Shown here: positions 33,627 to 36,696 of the stretch, one piece after another
Position numbering within the stretch: the stretch's first letter is position 1
Layout of the letters: each line of letters starts with the position of its first letter
Source: an uncultured Anaerolineaceae bacterium
Lineage (GTDB): Bacteria; Chloroflexota; Anaerolineae; JAAYZQ01
DNA: 36,696 nucleotides
Direction of reading: 5' to 3'
Assembly (NCBI GenBank): GCA_964593865.1
Contig: CAZQKE010000132.1
Span: 1-36,696, forward strand
Translations under genes and position numbers: made by a program
The notes under the pieces: generated by a model
Told to the model about the DNA's origin: nothing
The model's database searches: none
What the model saw: the letters and a program-made list of their open reading frames with translations, nothing else

Positions 33627-33884
33627 ATGTGTTTGGCGGTTCCGGCCCAGATCAAATCAATCAACGGCTTTGAAGCGGAGGTGGACATCGGCGGCGTAGG
33701 GCGCACCGTCAACCTGATGCTGACGCCCGATGCCAAAGTAGGTGATTATGTCTATGTCCACACCGGCTTTGCCATCAGCGTCGTAGACGAGGCCGAAGCG
33801 TTGGAGAGCCTGCGCTTGCTGCAAGAGCTGGCCGAAACCTACCCTGTGGAGGAACTTTTTTACACCACAGGTGAACCGACTTAG
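33627..33884 (+). CDS. hypC: HypC/HupF-family [NiFe]-hydrogenase maturation chaperone (85 aa).
   Basis: The ATG at 33627 is preceded by AGGAGGGG. The N-terminus reads MCLAVPAQI with the essential Cys2. The KVGDYVYVHTGFAI region is present. Confidence 0.78.
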   Translation: MCLAVPAQIKSINGFEAEVDIGGVGRTVNLMLTPDAKVGDYVYVHTGFAISVVDEAEALESLRLLQELAETYPVEELFYTTGEPT

Positions 33885-33907
33885 TGTGAAAACGCCTTCG
33901 GCGGCCC

Positions 33908-33935
33908 GGTCCCCACACCGTGGGGACCTTTTTTT
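33908..33935 (+). terminator. Rho-independent terminator after hypC.
   Basis: The stem-loop is GGTCCCCAC-ACCG-GTGGGGACC. It is followed by TTTTTTT. Confidence 0.8.
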
Positions 33936-34052
33936 CGGTTGGATAGAAGAGCTCCGGTGCAATCGCGGCGCGTCCCTTTCACCTTTCCACAGCGGAACCT
34001 TTGACCCTGGAGAGGCGTCTTGGATCCGAGATCTTGTGAGGAGGGGAAAAAC

Positions 34053-36344
34053 ATGGACGGCAAAGGTGTGCGCATTCTGACGAGGGGGCTGCTGCTCTTG
34101 GCCCTGTTGGCGATCCAAGTGGCCCCGGCTCTGGCCGACGGCATCATCATCCCCGAACCACCGCACGATGTGCCCATCACCGAAGTTCCGTACCTGACCG
34201 TCAAATACCACCGCGTCACCGTGACCATTGAGGACCAAGTGGCGACGACCCACGTGGATCAGGTGTTCGTCAATGAAGGCCGTTGGGAGATAGAGGGAAC
34301 CTACATCTTTCCCCTGCCGGAAGAAGCGGCCATCAGCGAATTCTCCATGTGGGTAGACGGCGAAAAGATCGCAGGCCAGGTCCTGGAGCGGGATGAAGCC
34401 CGCCGCATCTACGAAGACATCGTCCGGCGGCAGCGGGACCCGGCTCTGCTGGAATATGTGGGCCGTGATGCCTTCCAGGCCAGCATCTACCCCATTCCCC
34501 CCGGCGGCGAGCGGCGCGTCGAGATTGAATACAGCCAAGTCCTGCCGATGGACAACGGCCTGGTCGAATATGTCTACCCCTTGAACACGGAAAAATTTTC
34601 GCCCCGCCCCCTGGAGGAGGTGGTCGTCAACGTCACCATCCGCAGCAAGGAGCCGCTCAAGGCCATCTACTCACCCAGCCACCGGGTAGACGTGGTGCGC
34701 GACGGCGACCACAAGGCCACCATCGGCTACGAAGAGTACGATGTCAAACCCGACCGCGATTTCGTCCTCTACTACACCGTCTCGCCGGAGGAGGTGGGGC
34801 TGAACCTGCTCAGCTACAAGCCCGATGCCCAAAGCGACGGCTTCTTCCTGCTCCTGGCCGCGCCCAACGTGGAGGTGGAGCAAGAAAAAGTCATCGCCAA
34901 GGATGTGATCCTGGTCCTGGACGTTTCCGGCTCCATGCGCGGCGTCAAGATTGAGCAGGCCAAAGAGGCGTTGAACTTTGTGCTGGACAACCTGAACGAG
35001 GAAGACCGCTTCAACATCATCGCCTTCAGCACATCCACGCGCCATTATGCCCGCGGCCTGGTCCCCGCCGATGAGCGGGGGGAGGCCCGCGATTTCGTCT
35101 CCCGCCTGAAAGCGGGCGGCTCGACCGACATCAACCGCGCCCTGTTGGAAGCGGTGGCCCAGGTGGAAAGGGCCGCCGCCCGCCCGGCGATCATCATCTT
35201 TCTGACCGACGGGCTGCCCACCACCGGCGAGGTCGTCGTTGAGCGGATCATTGACAACGTCAAGAATGCTGCGCCGGACAACGTGCGCATCTTTCCCTTT
35301 GGCGTAGGGTACGACGTGAACACCGTGCTGTTGGACACCATCGCCGAAAACCACCGGGGGGCCAGCGGCTACGTCCGCCCGGAGGAGGCCATTGATGAAA
35401 AGGTTTCCGCCTTTTACGCCAGGGTGAGCACCCCCCTCCTGGCCGACCTGGAACTGGATTTCGGCGACGTGGAGGTCTCCGATGTCTACCCCTATCCTCT
35501 GCCCGACCTGTTCGCCGGGACGCAGTTGATCGTCGTGGGCCGCTACGAGGACGGCGGGGAAACGGACATCACCCTGCAAGGCGTGGTTCAAAATCGGCCC
35601 CAAACCTTCCGCTACGACAATGTGCGCTTCCGGGAAGAAGGCGGTCCTGAATTCATCGCCCGGCTGTGGGCTACCCGCAAGATCGGCTACCTGTTGCAGC
35701 AGATCCGCCTTCACGGAGAGGATCAAGAGATGGTGGACGAAATCGTTGAGCTTTCCGTCCGCTACGGCATCATCACCCCCTACACCTCCTTCCTGGTGGA
35801 AGAAACCGAAAAAGCCCTGAGTGAGGAGGGTCGCTCCGATCTGGCCTACGAGGTGATGCCCGCGACGGCTCCCGCCGTCGGTCAGGAGGCGGTGGAACGC
35901 AGCGCGGGGGAACAAAAACTGTTCGCCGCTGAAGCCCCCATCGCCCCCGCGGCGCCGGTGGAGGGCGAACACGAAGATGCCGCCGACATGGTCAAATATG
36001 TGGGCGACAAGACCTTCATCCTGCACAAAGGGGTGTGGACCGACACCACCTTTGACGCCGACCGGATGGAAACGACGCCGGTGGAATTCGGCAGCGACGA
36101 CTATTTCGCCCTCATTGCCGCCCGGCCCGAATGGGGCCGCTACTTTGCCCTGGGCGACCACGTCATCGTCGTCTTGGAAGGCACGGCCTACGAAATCCGC
36201 GAGGGCGACGCACCGTCGGTAGAGATTCCCGCCGCAGAGCCGACGGTCGGCCCGGAATCGGACGCTTCCCTTGACCCGTGGACGGTAGTGATGCAAGCCA
36301 TCGCCGACCTGGTACGGAAATTCCGGGACATCCTGGGCCGCTGA
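34053..36344 (+). CDS. Secreted protein with an N-terminal VIT domain and a von Willebrand factor type A (vWA) domain.
   Basis: The ATG at 34053 is preceded by GAGGAGGGG. The signal peptide is LLLLALLAIQVAPALA. The VIT domain spans residues 40-170 and includes FQASIYPIPPGGERRVEIEY. The vWA MIDAS motif is LVLDVSGSM. GGSTDIN and IIFLTDGLPT follow. Confidence 0.85.
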   Translation: MDGKGVRILTRGLLLLALLAIQVAPALADGIIIPEPPHDVPITEVPYLTVKYHRVTVTIEDQVATTHVDQVFVNEGRWEIEGTYIFPLPEEAAISEFSMWVDGEKIAGQVLERDEARRIYEDIVRRQRDPALLEYVGRDAFQASIYPIPPGGERRVEIEYSQVLPMDNGLVEYVYPLNTEKFSPRPLEEVVVNVTIRSKEPLKAIYSPSHRVDVVRDGDHKATIGYEEYDVKPDRDFVLYYTVSPEEVGLNLLSYKPDAQSDGFFLLLAAPNVEVEQEKVIAKDVILVLDVSGSMRGVKIEQAKEALNFVLDNLNEEDRFNIIAFSTSTRHYARGLVPADERGEARDFVSRLKAGGSTDINRALLEAVAQVERAAARPAIIIFLTDGLPTTGEVVVERIIDNVKNAAPDNVRIFPFGVGYDVNTVLLDTIAENHRGASGYVRPEEAIDEKVSAFYARVSTPLLADLELDFGDVEVSDVYPYPLPDLFAGTQLIVVGRYEDGGETDITLQGVVQNRPQTFRYDNVRFREEGGPEFIARLWATRKIGYLLQQIRLHGEDQEMVDEIVELSVRYGIITPYTSFLVEETEKALSEEGRSDLAYEVMPATAPAVGQEAVERSAGEQKLFAAEAPIAPAAPVEGEHEDAADMVKYVGDKTFILHKGVWTDTTFDADRMETTPVEFGSDDYFALIAARPEWGRYFALGDHVIVVLEGTAYEIREGDAPSVEIPAAEPTVGPESDASLDPWTVVMQAIADLVRKFRDILGR

Positions 36345-36505
36345 GGGAGCAAAGACATTCGCCGCTCCCGGTATCGGCCCTATCACAGAGGCGCCGAGGG
36401 CGCACGGGAAGGCCGCGTGAAACCCGGCGATTCCCGACGCACTCGGCGCTTCTGCCGTGTAAAACCTTGAAAGTGCGCTCCGGCCTGGATCGCCAACTTT
36501 TCCTT

Positions 36506-36534
36506 TTGCATCCCTCCCGCCCCTGTGGTATACT
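36506..36534 (+). promoter_or_regulatory. Promoter for the 3'-edge gene; the spacing implies a leaderless mRNA.
   Basis: The sequence reads TTGCAT-17 nt-TATACT. It ends 6 nt before the ATG at 36541. Confidence 0.35.
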
Positions 36535-36540
36535 TGCGCC

Positions 36541-36696
36541 ATGAGCGACGAAACACTTTCTCCGCAACAGGCTGCCGACCGGCTGGAAGCAGCCCTGGCC
36601 GACCTTCTCGACGTGCAGAGCGCGACGCTGGGCCTGCCCGAATTGCGGACGGCGGTCATCCTGCGCGGGCAGCTCCGCCAACCGGCAGAACAGGCC
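36541..36696 (+). CDS. Partial 5' end of a hypothetical protein gene that runs off the window.
   Basis: An ATG sits at 36541. The open frame continues to the window end as MSDETLSPQQAADRLEAALADLLDVQSATLGLPELRTAVILRGQ...  There is no SD sequence. Confidence 0.35.
   Translation, partial: MSDETLSPQQAADRLEAALADLLDVQSATLGLPELRTAVILRGQLRQPAEQA

Overview
This is a high-GC (roughly 65 %), gene-dense bacterial chromosomal window. Most genes lie on the minus strand and nearly all carry strong GGAGG-type ribosome-binding sites. The many N-terminally anchored or secreted beta-propeller and beta-helix proteins suggest a Chloroflexota-like organism, but that is a low-confidence inference. I could not run database searches, so every product call rests on motifs read directly from the translations.

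Recognisable content, in order along the window:
- a lipoprotein GH51 alpha-L-arabinofuranosidase;
- a divergent DUF4143-type AAA ATPase;
- a 13-Asp-box BNR protein with a GlyGly-CTERM-like tail;
- a duplicated cassette of surface-protein gene plus small secreted-protein gene, with an alpha/beta hydrolase between the two copies;
- an acyl-CoA ligase;
- an orphan receiver-only regulator followed by a NarL/LuxR-type regulator and a PDZ-like/GAF/HisKA_3 sensor kinase;
- purH;
- a CBS-pair protein;
- a secreted parallel beta-helix protein;
- a three-domain fusion of a cNMP-like domain, acetate kinase and a PduL-type phosphotransacylase;
- a PfkB-family kinase;
- an SPFH membrane protein;
- rel (the RelA/SpoT homologue);
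- a NrtR-like Nudix protein;
- a family-4 uracil-DNA glycosylase;
- an orphan hypC;
- a secreted VIT-vWA protein;
- a probably leaderless partial gene at the 3' edge.

The most unusual signals:
1. A ~277-nt, multi-hairpin element. It occurs as a 2.3-copy tandem array at 8101-8749, with copies about 98 % identical, and again as a shortened modular copy at 11218-11385. The two sites bracket one of the surface-protein cassettes. In each case the element sits in the 5' leader of a minus-strand secreted-protein gene.
2. The cassette itself. An N-anchored protein with a shared ~110-aa N-terminal module is followed by a tightly coupled ~93-aa secreted Cys/Gly-rich protein ending in YLPxxLRxH. It is present twice.
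3. A ~400-nt GC-rich, heavily base-paired non-coding segment at 445-845, embedded in a low-GC island (1-1450). The island also carries an ATGA-overlapping small-gene pair and a hypothetical gene with a TATAAT box and 13-nt direct repeats.
4. The cNMP-like/AckA/PduL fusion.

The long GC-rich antisense ORFs in the six-frame track are treated as artefacts.
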